Source of the DNA: Candidatus Kapaibacterium sp.
Lineage (GTDB): Bacteria; Bacteroidota; Ignavibacteria; Kapaibacteriales; UBA2268
DNA: 64,000 bases
Assembly (NCBI GenBank): GCA_041675005.1
Contig: JBAYUQ010000006.1
Location: forward strand, 9,574 to 73,573
Direction: 5' to 3'
The first letter of the stretch is position 1; the number at the start of each line of letters is the position of its first letter. Positions 1 through 10,934 of the stretch are shown here, piece by piece. The notes beneath the pieces are model-generated. The model did no database searches. It was not told the origin of the DNA and was given only the letters and a program-made list of their open reading frames with translations. A program made the position numbers and the translations under genes.

Positions 1-10
1 CCCACAACCA

Positions 11-667
11 GTGAAAATGAAATGGGAATTGGAAAACGGTATTGACGAATCAATCATTGCTTCTAGAAGAATAGAAATTCAAAAAGGTAATGGAGATTGG
101 AAAACTTTGAAAGAAATAGGAAGAACAGAATCACTATACGAGTGGGATTGGAAATCTGCTGATGGCAAATATCCTAAAAACGAAGAATCTTTCACAGCTA
201 GATTAGTAGTAATATCAAAAGCAGGTAAAGAGTGTATCTCTGATCCAGTGACTGTACCAGTTATGCAAGTAACTTCTGAAATAAAACTTGTTACTCAAGG
301 TGCTGATACTATGTACGAAAACTATAGCTTAATCCTATTCAAATTCAATAGCTATGACGCTGGACCACTTAACGATAAAATTATGAAAGATTATGTTTAC
401 AATCGTGTAAGACCAGAATCAGTAGTAGAAGTTATTGGACATACTGACGTAGTTGGACTTTACGAAACTAATGCTAAACTTTCTGTAAACAGAGCTAAGA
501 CAGTACATACAGGTATCAACAAAGAGTCTAAAGGCAAATATGCTGACTTGGAAATGCGTGGAGTTGGTGAAGATGAGCCGCTTTACGATAACGAGACACC
601 TGAAGGTCGATTCTACAATAGAACAGTACAAGTACTAATCAAAACTCCAGTTACTGGTAAAGAGTAA
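11..667 (+). CDS. OmpA-family protein, C-terminal peptidoglycan-binding domain; the ORF is open to the window edge, so it is probably truncated at its 5' end
   Basis: Frame stays open back to position 2 and the first codon is GTG. An OmpA_C-like motif is present (VIGHTDVVGLYETNAKLSVNRAKTV ... NRTVQVLI). Confidence 0.55.
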   Translation: MKMKWELENGIDESIIASRRIEIQKGNGDWKTLKEIGRTESLYEWDWKSADGKYPKNEESFTARLVVISKAGKECISDPVTVPVMQVTSEIKLVTQGADTMYENYSLILFKFNSYDAGPLNDKIMKDYVYNRVRPESVVEVIGHTDVVGLYETNAKLSVNRAKTVHTGINKESKGKYADLEMRGVGEDEPLYDNETPEGRFYNRTVQVLIKTPVTGKE

Positions 668-698
668 TAAAAAGTTAAATATCAGTAAATTATTTTCA

Positions 699-727
699 AG
701 CCCCGTATTTTATACGGGGCTTTTTTA
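699..727 (+). terminator. rho-independent terminator
   Basis: Hairpin aagCCCCGTAttttaTACGGGGcTTTTTT lies immediately after the stop of the OmpA-like ORF. Confidence 0.7.
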
Positions 728-744
728 TTATAAATTGCATTTAT

Positions 745-1377
745 ATGAAAAACGAATTGAATATTTATACAGACGGATCATGTCTGAAAAACCCAGGGCC
801 AGGTGGTTGGGGTATAGTAGTTATACTGCCCGACGGCAAGATAGAGGAATACTCCAAGGGGTTCACGCTGACTACAAACTCCCGAATGGAAATGAAGGCG
901 ATGTATATGGCGCTAAAATATGCTGAGAAACACGGAAAAGGAAAAGTGAATATACACTCCGATTCCAATTTTATAATCCAAGCTTTTACCCAACATTGGT
1001 TGGATGGATGGGTGAAAAAGGGATGGAAAAAGCAGAAGAACGAACCAGTAGCCAACGCGGATATTTGGAAGAAAATATATCCGCTCTTCAAAAAGTTAGA
1101 TGTGAATTTCCTCAAAGTGAAAGCACATAGTGGCATAGAGCACAACGAACAAGTTGATGAGCTGGCTAGAGCAGCAGCGATGGGTAGTGATTTGCTAGTC
1201 GATGAGGGGTATATCCCTAATGGAGACAACCCACAAACTTCTATTCTAGATACGAAACAAGAGAACAAAATAGCATTAGAAAACGTTTTATCGAATGGAG
1301 TTCCATCAATAAAGATAAAAAGTGGGACGAAATCCATAACTATAACTAAACAACAATTGGAAGATTTTTTAAAATGA
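745..1377 (+). CDS. rnhA: ribonuclease HI, with a roughly 60-aa C-terminal extension
   Basis: RNase H motifs YTDGSC..GPGGWG, SRMEMKA, IHSDS, KAHSGIEHNEQVDELA. Confidence 0.85.
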   Translation: MKNELNIYTDGSCLKNPGPGGWGIVVILPDGKIEEYSKGFTLTTNSRMEMKAMYMALKYAEKHGKGKVNIHSDSNFIIQAFTQHWLDGWVKKGWKKQKNEPVANADIWKKIYPLFKKLDVNFLKVKAHSGIEHNEQVDELARAAAMGSDLLVDEGYIPNGDNPQTSILDTKQENKIALENVLSNGVPSIKIKSGTKSITITKQQLEDFLK

Positions 1378-2228
1378 GCTTCAATAATATACTTTACGTT
1401 GCATTATTCCTATTATTCGGATTTGGAGTTACTCGAGCATCTGAAACAGAGGAAAAGAGATTCGCAAAAATAGTAAAGAAAGCAACTAGTGAGGATTGGG
1501 CTTCTCTACCTTATGGAGAGCTAATAGTAAAAGTTGGTAAGGAGTTTTTAGGAGTGCCGTATGTAGGTGGCACATTAGATAAAGATGCAGCTGAAAGTTG
1601 TACGATAGAGTTAGACAAACTAGATTGTGTCACATACTTTGAGCTAACACTAGCTGTCGCAGATGCGCTAATAACGGAAGACGATCCGACATTCAGTAGT
1701 TTATATGACAGAGTACAATACACCAGATACCGCGAAGGACTAATAGACGGATACGAGAGTAGATTGCACTATACTGCAGATTGGATTTTCGATAATATCG
1801 AGAAAGGTGTAGTCGAAGATATTACCGAGGAATTGGGTGGAGTACCACTAGAACTGAATGTGTACTTTATGTCAAAAAATGCAAGTAAGTACCCTATGCT
1901 AAAAGGAAACAAAGCTCTAATAGCCAAGATTAAGAAAACAGAAGAAGATATAAACTCCAACCCTGCTTTTTATATTCCGAAAGAGAATGTAACTGATATC
2001 ATGGAAGATTTACAAGATGGTGACATAGTTGCATTCGTTACGAGTATAGATGGGCTAGATTACGGACATATAGGCCTAGTAAACAAAGAAGACGGTACGG
2101 CACGGCTTATGCACGCTTCTACTACTGCCAAGAAAGTAGTACTAGACACAACAATAGACGAATACATAGACGGTGTGAGCAAGTTTACTGGTATCACGGT
2201 ACTTCGTCCAATAGCACCCTTGAAGTAA
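1374..2228 (+). CDS. secreted hypothetical protein, possibly DUF1460-like (amidase-like)
   Basis: N-terminal signal peptide. Start overlaps the rnhA stop (ATGA). Family assignment is from memory only. Confidence 0.35.
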   Translation: MSFNNILYVALFLLFGFGVTRASETEEKRFAKIVKKATSEDWASLPYGELIVKVGKEFLGVPYVGGTLDKDAAESCTIELDKLDCVTYFELTLAVADALITEDDPTFSSLYDRVQYTRYREGLIDGYESRLHYTADWIFDNIEKGVVEDITEELGGVPLELNVYFMSKNASKYPMLKGNKALIAKIKKTEEDINSNPAFYIPKENVTDIMEDLQDGDIVAFVTSIDGLDYGHIGLVNKEDGTARLMHASTTAKKVVLDTTIDEYIDGVSKFTGITVLRPIAPLK

Positions 2229-3647
2229 ATGTCAGTATTGAGCAGATTCAATTTCCCACGAGAATATTACTTACTGAATTTGATATTCATGTTGGAACGT
2301 ACTGCTTGGTTTATTTTGATAATCCAAATCCCGATTTTCATTGCCCAAAAAGGTGAAGGTGGACTTGGCTTTTCACAAGCAGATAAAGGTATCATATACC
2401 TTTATTGGGTTATTTTACAGAATAGTCTCCCCCTTTTAACGGGAAGGATAATAGACAATAGCAATAAGAAGAAATCACTTTTATTACTCTCCTGTGCTAT
2501 TTTTTTTATAGCGTTCCTATCCATAGGTCTTTACCATAATCTAATTGGATTGTTAGTAGGTATTACTCTAGTCTCTATCGGAGTGAGTATATTCAACCCA
2601 CTGATGAAAGGTCAGATCGGAAATTTAATTGATAAAAATAATGGTTCTTTCGGTTGGGGTTTGCACTTTTGGTTATACAATCTTGCTATATTCGCTTTCG
2701 GAGTACCTTATTCCAAATACCTAAGAGAGCAAGGTTGGGACTATGTCTTCGTTGGTGCTGGGTTGCTCTATGTATTAGCACTCGTTTTTTCGCTACTATT
2801 CAAATCTGAGACAATAGTAGAAAAACCAAAATCAAGTGTTAAGATCAATCTACAAGAAACAATAACTGTATTCAAAAGGAATTACAATTTCGTTTTGCTT
2901 ATCTCTATGTCGGGATTCGCTGTACTATTCATGCAATTCTACGAGACTTTGCCAAATTTCATATATGATTGGTCTGACACAAGTAATATAGTCGGCTCTC
3001 TCAAATTAAACCAAGTATTCACAATGGATACTTGGGCTGGTAAAGGCATCTCATTCGAATGGTTATATAATATAAATACCGGTTTGACTTTACTGCTATT
3101 ACTACCATTTTCTATTTACCTAAAAAAGTATAGTATAGTCAATACTCTATTCGTGGGGGTGGCATTAGTTGTCATTGGCTTTGGGCTTAGTATAATCTAT
3201 CAGAATGGAGCTTTCCTTATACTAGGGTTCGTAGTATATACTATAGGCGAACTAATAACTAATCCAAAGTACACCGAATACTTCGATGGTATTTCACTAA
3301 AAAATGAACAATCTACCCACATGGGTTTACTCTTTATATCCAATCTGATTGGTTACCCAATAGGAGCGGTACTGGGTGGTTATATGTACGGCAACTACGG
3401 AGAGAAGGCGGCGTTAGCACAGCAGTATTTGTCAACCAAATTTGGACAGAATATAGAGATAGAAAATGCTATTTCTGTACTAAAGGTTAATCTAGGTTTT
3501 AGTGATATACAGGTAACAAATATGCTTTGGTCATATTACAATCCTATGATTGCTTTTCTGCCATTTTTACTAATTGGAATTTTGTCTTTGGGGGGAATAC
3601 TAATTTATAAGAATCTAATTATTCGAAATAAGTATATTCATAAATAA
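2229..3647 (+). CDS. MFS-type transporter, possibly POT/peptide family
   Basis: Multiple predicted TM helices. MFS motif-A-like LTGRIIDNSNKKK after TM2. ATG immediately follows the upstream TAA. Confidence 0.45.
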   Translation: MSVLSRFNFPREYYLLNLIFMLERTAWFILIIQIPIFIAQKGEGGLGFSQADKGIIYLYWVILQNSLPLLTGRIIDNSNKKKSLLLLSCAIFFIAFLSIGLYHNLIGLLVGITLVSIGVSIFNPLMKGQIGNLIDKNNGSFGWGLHFWLYNLAIFAFGVPYSKYLREQGWDYVFVGAGLLYVLALVFSLLFKSETIVEKPKSSVKINLQETITVFKRNYNFVLLISMSGFAVLFMQFYETLPNFIYDWSDTSNIVGSLKLNQVFTMDTWAGKGISFEWLYNINTGLTLLLLLPFSIYLKKYSIVNTLFVGVALVVIGFGLSIIYQNGAFLILGFVVYTIGELITNPKYTEYFDGISLKNEQSTHMGLLFISNLIGYPIGAVLGGYMYGNYGEKAALAQQYLSTKFGQNIEIENAISVLKVNLGFSDIQVTNMLWSYYNPMIAFLPFLLIGILSLGGILIYKNLIIRNKYIHK

Positions 3648-4353
3648 ATTTCTCAACTATCGAACCACTACTATTCTTAATTATTTCCGATTTTATTCTG
3701 CCATCTTTATCTATAGCATAACCAGTAATAAAGAATACATTACCCTTATTGTCTGAAGTTATCTTCTCGAAATAATTATCGTTAGTTATATACACTATAC
3801 TGTCTTTCTGAGCAACAGACCCATCACTTTCAAAAGTATAACGAACAGTTAGATTACCATCAACATACTGATTATCGTACTTGGTTCTATCGTCACAACC
3901 ATCAACACCTTCGCACCTAACAATCTCAGTAATATTACCGTTTATATCATATTTTAGTTGTTCGTTGTCTAGTACTTCACCGGATTTATTAGTAGTTTTT
4001 TTGCTAACTATTTTACCATTTTCCAACACATATTGATGTAGAAGAATACCAATAGTATCGCCATTAGAAAATTTAATTTCCTGTTCCGAGCTATTACCAT
4101 CCTTATAACTATATTCAGATGTAGATTGCAACTTACCATTCTGGTTATATTCTACCTTTGAGATTATATCTCCTCTAGAATTGAATACCTTATATGATAC
4201 TTTACTTATTTTATGATCATCTATAGTCGAAACACGCCATTTCGTTTCTGATCTAACTTGTAATGTCTCATCATATTGGGGACCCAAAGCATTCTCACAC
4301 CCTACGAATGGGAGTATAGCAGCTAAAAGTAATATGTATGAAAGTTTTCTCAA
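3619..4353 (-). CDS. lipoprotein, hypothetical
   Basis: Signal peptide with lipobox LPFVGC; rest is low-complexity repeats. Confidence 0.45.
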   Translation of the reverse strand: MRKLSYILLLAAILPFVGCENALGPQYDETLQVRSETKWRVSTIDDHKISKVSYKVFNSRGDIISKVEYNQNGKLQSTSEYSYKDGNSSEQEIKFSNGDTIGILLHQYVLENGKIVSKKTTNKSGEVLDNEQLKYDINGNITEIVRCEGVDGCDDRTKYDNQYVDGNLTVRYTFESDGSVAQKDSIVYITNDNYFEKITSDNKGNVFFITGYAIDKDGRIKSEIIKNSSGSIVEKFIYEYTYFE

Positions 4354-4452
4354 AAAAATACTGTTTTAAATGTTGTTTAAACTACAAAAAATAATTGTAA
4401 AAAAAAAGCTCTATATTACTATAGAGCTTTAAATTTGATAAATATTTTATAT

Positions 4453-7400
4453 TTATTTTATTTTATTGAGGTTAAACATATATCTACTTCCCTTTCCTTC
4501 GAGTATCAGATAATAAGTCCCACTAGTCAAATTAGCTAAACTTAGCTGCTGTATAGAGGTAATTATACCTACAGTTCTTAACTCTTGGCCAGTTTGGCTG
4601 ATTAGAGTAGCACTATCTATATTCTGAGCTAACTCAACTGGTATATTGATAGTTACTTCTTCGCCAGCCGGATTCGGATAAATAGATATACCCGATTCAG
4701 ATGCTGATAGAACAGAGCCGATAACAGCGTCTTCTGTAGTGAATGACCATTCTTCCGACCAATCATTTCCAGTCTCACCTTCGAATGCCATAACTCTCCA
4801 ATAGTAAGTCTGTTCCTCTTCAAAATCATATACATCCTTAGAGTTAGTGGTTATGTTCGAATCATTATAGAATAAGTTAGTGAAACTTTCATTTTTAGAT
4901 ATTTGTAAATTGTAAGTTTCGGCACCTGGAGTAGTTTCCCATTTGAACAAGACTGATTTCTTTTCAATATCTATAGACCCATTTGCTGGGGCTAGTAGTG
5001 CAGTTCTAGCAAGACCAGTAGAGAAGTTCCATGGTACAGTCCAAGGGCTTACTGTATCGTTCAGAACAGCTCTTACTCTCCAATAATATGTTTTGTTAGT
5101 TTCGACAGAAGTAAGTTCGAAATTATGATCAGGTAAAGCCGATTGTTCAACAACAAATGGACCTGAGAACTCTGGTTTCAGAGATACTTGTAAATCATAC
5201 TTATACCCTTTTATTTCTGACCAATCTAATAGCACTGGAGCTTGGTGTCCACCACTATTATTAGCTGGGCTAATATGCATAGGTCTTTCTTGACCAGTTT
5301 TAAATGACCAGATTTCTGACCACGGACCTTTTACGTGGTTAGTATCCGTTGCTCTAACTCTCCAATAGTAATTGGCATTTGCCTCTAATTCAGAAAGTGG
5401 TTGTTGTACTGCACCCAGTGTTTGGTTATCTTGAGCTGGAATTGAGAAATCAGCAAAACGTGAAATCTGGATTTGATAATCAACTGCTTCATCTACTTTT
5501 TTCCACGTAAAGAGAACTGCGTCTGGTTGATTAGCAGCATTATTCAAAGGTAAAGTAAGTACAGGTGCAGCAAGTACGGTTCTAAACTTCCATATTTCTG
5601 AAAGTTGTCCTTGGCTACCATCCTCTCCTTCTACCACAGCGGCCCAATAGTAGTGTGTAAGAGGTGTTAATTTCTCATTAACTGCTAGTGTATAAGTAGT
5701 GTCTGTTAAACCAGTTTTAGTTAGCACCACATTAGTCATAGCAGCATCAGTAGCTACTATTAACTTATACTTATCTGCATCTTTTACTGACGACCATAAG
5801 AAAGTTGGAGTATGTGAAACTGAAATAGTATCTTTCACTGGTTCTATAAGTGTAGGCGGACCTATTAATGTAGTAAATTCATTAACTGACGACCAGTTAC
5901 TATATACACCACCTGTTTTGCCTCTAACTCTAAAAAAGTACTTAGTGTTTGGATTCAATTTATAGAATATATCATAGTAAGTGTTCGCTGTGATTATATC
6001 TTCGTAAGAGAAAGTGAAACTCTTGTTAGCAGAGATTTGGAAATTATACAAATCAGCTTTACCCGAAGTACTCCAATCAAACGATAAATCTAATGGTTGA
6101 TTCAAAGATTCATTTATTGGGCTTGCTAACTGAGGCACACCCATCTTGTTTCTGTTATTATACTTATAGAGAAGTGAACCAGAAAACATCAAATCTGCAT
6201 CTGAGTTTACAGCCATTTCGTAAATTCTACCAGTGTGGTAACCAGATTGCAATGAATCCCATTCTACTCCGCCATTTGTAGAGTGGTAAACTCCCCAATG
6301 TTGACTCAAACCAACATATAGTTCATTAGCTGAAGCGACCACAAAAGATGCTACTGATTGGTCAGGTTGTGATTGACCAAAATCACGAGCAGCTATTGGG
6401 ATATCCAATTTACTAAAGCTAGTAGCATTATTCTTAGATACATATAGTCCTTCATAAGTAGCAGCATATAAATTACCATAAGCAAAACTTAATTTACTTA
6501 TTGTTTTATTTAAGCTATATCCAGTGTTACTGAAAGTAGCACCACCATCAGTAGATTTGAATAATTTATTTACCATTTGTGCATCAGGTCTGAATAAATA
6601 GATGTTATTATTAGCATCCGCCTCTAATAGACAACCACTCGATGCGTCATCTGGATAATTTTGTATTCTAGTCCAAGCGGCTCCACCATCAGTTGATTTG
6701 TATAGCTCTTGTCTCACAGTTGGCGGCATTCCTTCGATGAAGAACATAATGATCGAATATACATCGCCATTTGGAGCCACAACCAAATCCATCATTGAGT
6801 CATCATTGTCACCAGGAGTGACTTTAGTCCAAGTATTACCTTTATCTGTAGAGATTACGGCATCATTATTATTTATACCTATCAAATTCCCATTTACGTA
6901 TTTTAATCTATTGACCATACCACCTGGATAGTTTGTAAGCTCAGTCCAATCTGTACCCAAATTTGAGGATTTGTACATTTTATCATTTACATTCAATACA
7001 AAATCAGATCCAGTGTTAACAATAAAACTAGTAACACCATAAGGGTCTAAAGAAACTTTGTCCCAATTTTTCCCTTTATTAGTACTCTTTACTAAACCCC
7101 TATCAAAATCATAGGCAAGTAAAGTACCATTTGAAAGTTGAGTCATATCAACTACACCAAAATTTCTTAGTATAGAAGGTAGCCACTCTGTATATGGTTG
7201 TGCGTTATAGAACCAAATACCATTTTCTCTAGTACCGACTACGGCACCTTCACTAGTATATTCGAAACAAGTGATTCCATTATCTTTTAGAGAGTCTGCT
7301 TCTGGTTGGTATTTGACCCACTGCAAAGCATCATTATTCGACTCCATCAGTCCCTTGTCATTCGTAGCCATTAGTATTATATCACTACTGATAACTGAAA

Positions 7401-8058
7401 TCTGATTTATGAATTTTGTATTATTTGTACCAGAGTTTGCTCTCCTCCAATTATCTCCCTTATCAGTAGAGCGATATACACCGTCTCCATAAGAGCCAGC
7501 TAATAGAGTAGAGTCCATAGTAAGTGCTATAGCAGTTATGTGCATAGACTCTAATACAACATTTTGTCCATTATTATCTTTCGATCTATTCAAAGAAGCC
7601 CAAGTAGTACCAGCATCTTTAGATACGAATAACCCTGAACCATAAGTACCTACGTAGATAGTATTGTCATCGAATCTACTTACATAAATAGACGTAACAT
7701 TCATACTCGAATCAAAAGATAATTTAGTCCATAAATTCCCATCGTTTTTCGAAACATATATACCGTCACCTTGTGTCCCAACATAGACAACACCCTTACT
7801 GTCGAAAACAATATCATTTATATATAGATTATTCAATCCATTGTTCTTAGTTTGGAATGCTTGACCACCGTTCGTGGAAGTGTATATACCATCTCCCCAT
7901 GTCCCGACAAATACCATATCTGACTTATTTGCTTTCAATACATTCAGCCCTTTATAGCCAGGTGCCTTTACTTTTACCACTGTCTCATTCGAATACGAAG
8001 TATAAGTAATTAAACAAACAATCATTAGTAGTAGTAATTTTTTCATGTTTCGTACCAA
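4453..8058 (-). CDS. 1201-aa secreted BNR/Asp-box repeat protein with fibronectin-III-like modules and a T9SS C-terminal sorting domain
   Basis: Repeated S-x-D-x-G-x-T-W/F boxes (STNGGQAF, SKDAGTTW, STDKGDNW, STDGGAAW, STDGGATF, STNGGVEW). Tandem ~90-aa FN3-like units. C-terminal ...ISIYPNPAGEEVTINI...GTYYLILEG... Confidence 0.7.
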   Translation of the reverse strand: MVRNMKKLLLLMIVCLITYTSYSNETVVKVKAPGYKGLNVLKANKSDMVFVGTWGDGIYTSTNGGQAFQTKNNGLNNLYINDIVFDSKGVVYVGTQGDGIYVSKNDGNLWTKLSFDSSMNVTSIYVSRFDDNTIYVGTYGSGLFVSKDAGTTWASLNRSKDNNGQNVVLESMHITAIALTMDSTLLAGSYGDGVYRSTDKGDNWRRANSGTNNTKFINQISVISSDIILMATNDKGLMESNNDALQWVKYQPEADSLKDNGITCFEYTSEGAVVGTRENGIWFYNAQPYTEWLPSILRNFGVVDMTQLSNGTLLAYDFDRGLVKSTNKGKNWDKVSLDPYGVTSFIVNTGSDFVLNVNDKMYKSSNLGTDWTELTNYPGGMVNRLKYVNGNLIGINNNDAVISTDKGNTWTKVTPGDNDDSMMDLVVAPNGDVYSIIMFFIEGMPPTVRQELYKSTDGGAAWTRIQNYPDDASSGCLLEADANNNIYLFRPDAQMVNKLFKSTDGGATFSNTGYSLNKTISKLSFAYGNLYAATYEGLYVSKNNATSFSKLDIPIAARDFGQSQPDQSVASFVVASANELYVGLSQHWGVYHSTNGGVEWDSLQSGYHTGRIYEMAVNSDADLMFSGSLLYKYNNRNKMGVPQLASPINESLNQPLDLSFDWSTSGKADLYNFQISANKSFTFSYEDIITANTYYDIFYKLNPNTKYFFRVRGKTGGVYSNWSSVNEFTTLIGPPTLIEPVKDTISVSHTPTFLWSSVKDADKYKLIVATDAAMTNVVLTKTGLTDTTYTLAVNEKLTPLTHYYWAAVVEGEDGSQGQLSEIWKFRTVLAAPVLTLPLNNAANQPDAVLFTWKKVDEAVDYQIQISRFADFSIPAQDNQTLGAVQQPLSELEANANYYWRVRATDTNHVKGPWSEIWSFKTGQERPMHISPANNSGGHQAPVLLDWSEIKGYKYDLQVSLKPEFSGPFVVEQSALPDHNFELTSVETNKTYYWRVRAVLNDTVSPWTVPWNFSTGLARTALLAPANGSIDIEKKSVLFKWETTPGAETYNLQISKNESFTNLFYNDSNITTNSKDVYDFEEEQTYYWRVMAFEGETGNDWSEEWSFTTEDAVIGSVLSASESGISIYPNPAGEEVTINIPVELAQNIDSATLISQTGQELRTVGIITSIQQLSLANLTSGTYYLILEGKGSRYMFNLNKIK

Positions 8059-8250
8059 TTTTAATTTTAAATAATTTTCAATTTAGTCAATTTTGCAATT
8101 CTATTCTAATACAATTTTAAAATTTGTTGCAGTATTACTAATTTAACAACTAAGTCGAAGATAAGTTACATTACTTACAAAATGATTAAAAAAATTTCTT
8201 TTATCATTTTATATATCATAAGTATTTAATTAACTTGAATCACAAAATTT

Positions 8251-10140
8251 ATGAATCCTTGGATATTTCACTTGAGAAAAGTTTTATTATTTATATTTGT
8301 CATCTACCTAATACCAACTATTACGGTTAGTAGTGAGAAGGATAGTCTGATGAAAATATATAATAGTAACTCACCGAATGAAGATAAAGTTAAGGCCTTG
8401 CTTAGGTTATCAACTATTGAAAGAGAGACTGATTCTTATTCAAGCATCAAGAATGCAAAAAAGGCAATTAGAATTTCTAGAAAAATACCTGATAAATCTT
8501 TCCTAATCCGCTCATACACCAAACTTGGTATCACCTATAGAGGTCTTGATAGTTTGGATAAGGCATTAGATAACTTCCTTAAAGGTTTAGAGGTTGCTAA
8601 CGAGACAGATGATAAAAAATGGCAATCAAACTGCCTTAATCATTTGGGTTCTTCTTATCTTCAATATGGACAGAATAAAATAGCACTTAAATACTATCAA
8701 GAATCGTATCAAATAGCAACTGAACAAAATGACTCAATAGCATTATGTAATGCCCTCAATAATATAGGTATCGTGCATTGGAGAGCTAATACATTAGATA
8801 GCTCATTCAACTATATACATAAATCTATGATTATCAGTAGAGATTTGAAAGATAGTGCAGGACTAGTTAGCTCTTTTAACAATTTGGGGATGTTGCAATC
8901 CGAGTTAGGCGATTTGAAAAGAGCACTTGGTTACTATAATCAAGCATTTATGTTAGCCACTAAACTTAATGATAAATGGGAAATTGCGAATGTAATCAAC
9001 AATCTATCCGTAATGAAAATAAAACTTGGGTTATTAGATGATGTAGAAAGTGAGTTAAAAAAAGCGTTAGTCATTTCTTCTGAGATTAAAAGCTCTCTAT
9101 TAGAATCTGATACTTACTTTAATCTTTCAGAATATTATCTAGAAATAAAAGATTACGAAAAATCTTTAGTAGCTTTTAAAAAACACCATTCTATCAAAAC
9201 TAAGCTAATTAATGAAGAGACATCAGATAAAATAGCCAGTTTAGAAAAGGATTTTGAGATTAGAAGTAAAGACCGTAATTTGGAGAAACTAAGTGAAGCC
9301 AATAATATACAGTACTATCTCATCATACTATTAGCTGCATTATTAGTTCTAGTAGGGACACTTATATTTATTTATTTCAGAAAATTCTCTGAAAACAAGT
9401 CCCTCTCGGTAGAATTGAAAAAGAATAATACTGACTTGGAGCGGTTATCTGACGAGAGAAATAAATTTTTCACTCTAATATCACATGACTTAAAAGCACC
9501 GATATATAACATAAGTAACCTGAGTAATCTGATGAAAATGTATGCTTATGATATGGATGAAGCTGAACGTAACACAACACTAGACCAACTAAATGTATCA
9601 TCTAAACACTTACTATCTTTGGTTGACAATATATTATTGTGGGCTAGGACTCAAGTGGGTAATATGGAAAATAATCCAGAGCCATTGGATCTGAATGGTG
9701 TAATCACCGAAAGTATAGATATACTTAGTTCATTTGCCTCGGAGAAGGATATAGAGCTGGTTATGGATACAAGTGACACAGATGGTATAGGCGTAAGAGC
9801 TGATTACAACCTGCTAAGTACTGCTATTAGGAATCTAATCTCTAATGCAATTAAGTTTAGCTACAGAGGGCATAAAGTAGAGATAAGAACTACTTCTATA
9901 AATGGTGATATCAAAATAGATGTCATAGATACTGGTATTGGTATAGCCAACGATATACAAGATGATATACTAAAAGGTAACGCTAGTACAACTCTCGGTA
10001 CCAATAACGAAAAAGGATCTGGATTGGGGCTCAAGATAACTAAAGAATTCATAGAAATGACCGATGGACAAATCACACTAGAAAGTCAAGAAGGCAAAGG
10101 AGCAACATTCTCTATTATATTGCCAAAAGATAAAAATTAA
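8251..10140 (+). CDS. sensor histidine kinase with N-terminal TPR repeats
   Basis: Signal/TM segment, tetratricopeptide-like repeats, a TM segment (YYLIILLAALLVLVGTLIFIYF), HisKA H-box ISHDLKAPI, HATPase_c N/G boxes (NLISNAIKFS ... GSGLGL). Confidence 0.75.
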   Translation: MNPWIFHLRKVLLFIFVIYLIPTITVSSEKDSLMKIYNSNSPNEDKVKALLRLSTIERETDSYSSIKNAKKAIRISRKIPDKSFLIRSYTKLGITYRGLDSLDKALDNFLKGLEVANETDDKKWQSNCLNHLGSSYLQYGQNKIALKYYQESYQIATEQNDSIALCNALNNIGIVHWRANTLDSSFNYIHKSMIISRDLKDSAGLVSSFNNLGMLQSELGDLKRALGYYNQAFMLATKLNDKWEIANVINNLSVMKIKLGLLDDVESELKKALVISSEIKSSLLESDTYFNLSEYYLEIKDYEKSLVAFKKHHSIKTKLINEETSDKIASLEKDFEIRSKDRNLEKLSEANNIQYYLIILLAALLVLVGTLIFIYFRKFSENKSLSVELKKNNTDLERLSDERNKFFTLISHDLKAPIYNISNLSNLMKMYAYDMDEAERNTTLDQLNVSSKHLLSLVDNILLWARTQVGNMENNPEPLDLNGVITESIDILSSFASEKDIELVMDTSDTDGIGVRADYNLLSTAIRNLISNAIKFSYRGHKVEIRTTSINGDIKIDVIDTGIGIANDIQDDILKGNASTTLGTNNEKGSGLGLKITKEFIEMTDGQITLESQEGKGATFSIILPKDKN

Positions 10141-10152
10141 GGAAACGAGATT

Positions 10153-10314
10153 TTATTTCTTTTTGTTTCTTCTTTTATTTCTATATTTTCTAGTTAAAGC
10201 TATTTCTTTTTTATGCTCTTTTTCCTGAGCTTCTTTCGCCTTCTTACTTAAGTAAATAGCTGGTATTATTAAAACTACTAATATTCCAAGAACTAATGCT
10301 GTAACATCTGTCAT
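10153..10314 (-). CDS. possible small membrane protein with a Lys/Arg-rich tail
   Basis: Trimmed from ORF 10153..10398 to the internal ATG (MTDVTAL...) because the upstream part overlaps a terminator hairpin. One TM helix followed by KKAKEAQEKEHKK...RNKRRNKKK. Confidence 0.25.
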   Translation of the reverse strand: MTDVTALVLGILVVLIIPAIYLSKKAKEAQEKEHKKEIALTRKYRNKRRNKKK

Positions 10315-10365
10315 ATTTACCTCAATTGTTTTTGTTAAAATGCAACTAATTTTCGGATTATGCAA

Positions 10366-10394
10366 ATAAAAAAAGCCAAGAAAGTATCTTGGCT
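10366..10394 (-). terminator. rho-independent terminator, minus strand
   Basis: Minus-strand hairpin GCCAAGAtactttCTTGGC followed by TTTTTTT, downstream of the OMP gene ending at 10428. Confidence 0.6.
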
Positions 10395-10427
10395 TCATAA
10401 AAACATCTATTTTAGTATGAAATTAGA

Positions 10428-10934
10428 CTACAACCACCAATCGATGCCCATGAAAGATTGGTTAATACCAAAACCAATCTGACTGTTATCTATATTAAAA
10501 TTAATTACATTCACCCCACCTCTGATAGAAACAGAAGGGAACGGGAACCATAAACCACCCAACTCTATATTTGCTGAACTTGAAGATGGAGTATATACAG
10601 TCTCTGTAAATGCAAAATTGAATTCAGCATAAGGAAACAAATTAGCTTCATTACTGAATATATATCTGAAAAATGGATTTACTAATAAAATAGTTCCACC
10701 ATCATCACCCGGAGTATCTGTACCACTGACATACCCTAGAGCTAAACCAGATCCAATATGGAAATTCTCTTGAAGTGCATAACCGAAGCTTATACCAAGA
10801 TTAATATCATTAACCTTTACCCCTAGTGCAATTTTATCTTTTGGTAAAGGCGATTTTTTATCTGTTTGTGCCGACGCACCAATCGTTGCTGCTAAGAAAA
10901 TGGCAACTACAAAACTAATTATTACTTTTTTCAT
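10428..10934 (-). CDS. small outer-membrane beta-barrel protein (OmpW/porin-like)
   Basis: Start moved to MKKVIISFVVAIFLAATIGASAQ, a signal peptide. Alternating amphipathic beta-strand pattern. Confidence 0.45.
   Translation of the reverse strand: MKKVIISFVVAIFLAATIGASAQTDKKSPLPKDKIALGVKVNDINLGISFGYALQENFHIGSGLALGYVSGTDTPGDDGGTILLVNPFFRYIFSNEANLFPYAEFNFAFTETVYTPSSSSANIELGGLWFPFPSVSIRGGVNVINFNIDNSQIGFGINQSFMGIDWWL

Noticed and set aside
10366-10394. Bidirectional terminator for the histidine kinase gene (plus strand)
   Set aside because: On the plus strand the hairpin is not followed by a T-run. Only the minus-strand orientation has hairpin plus T7.
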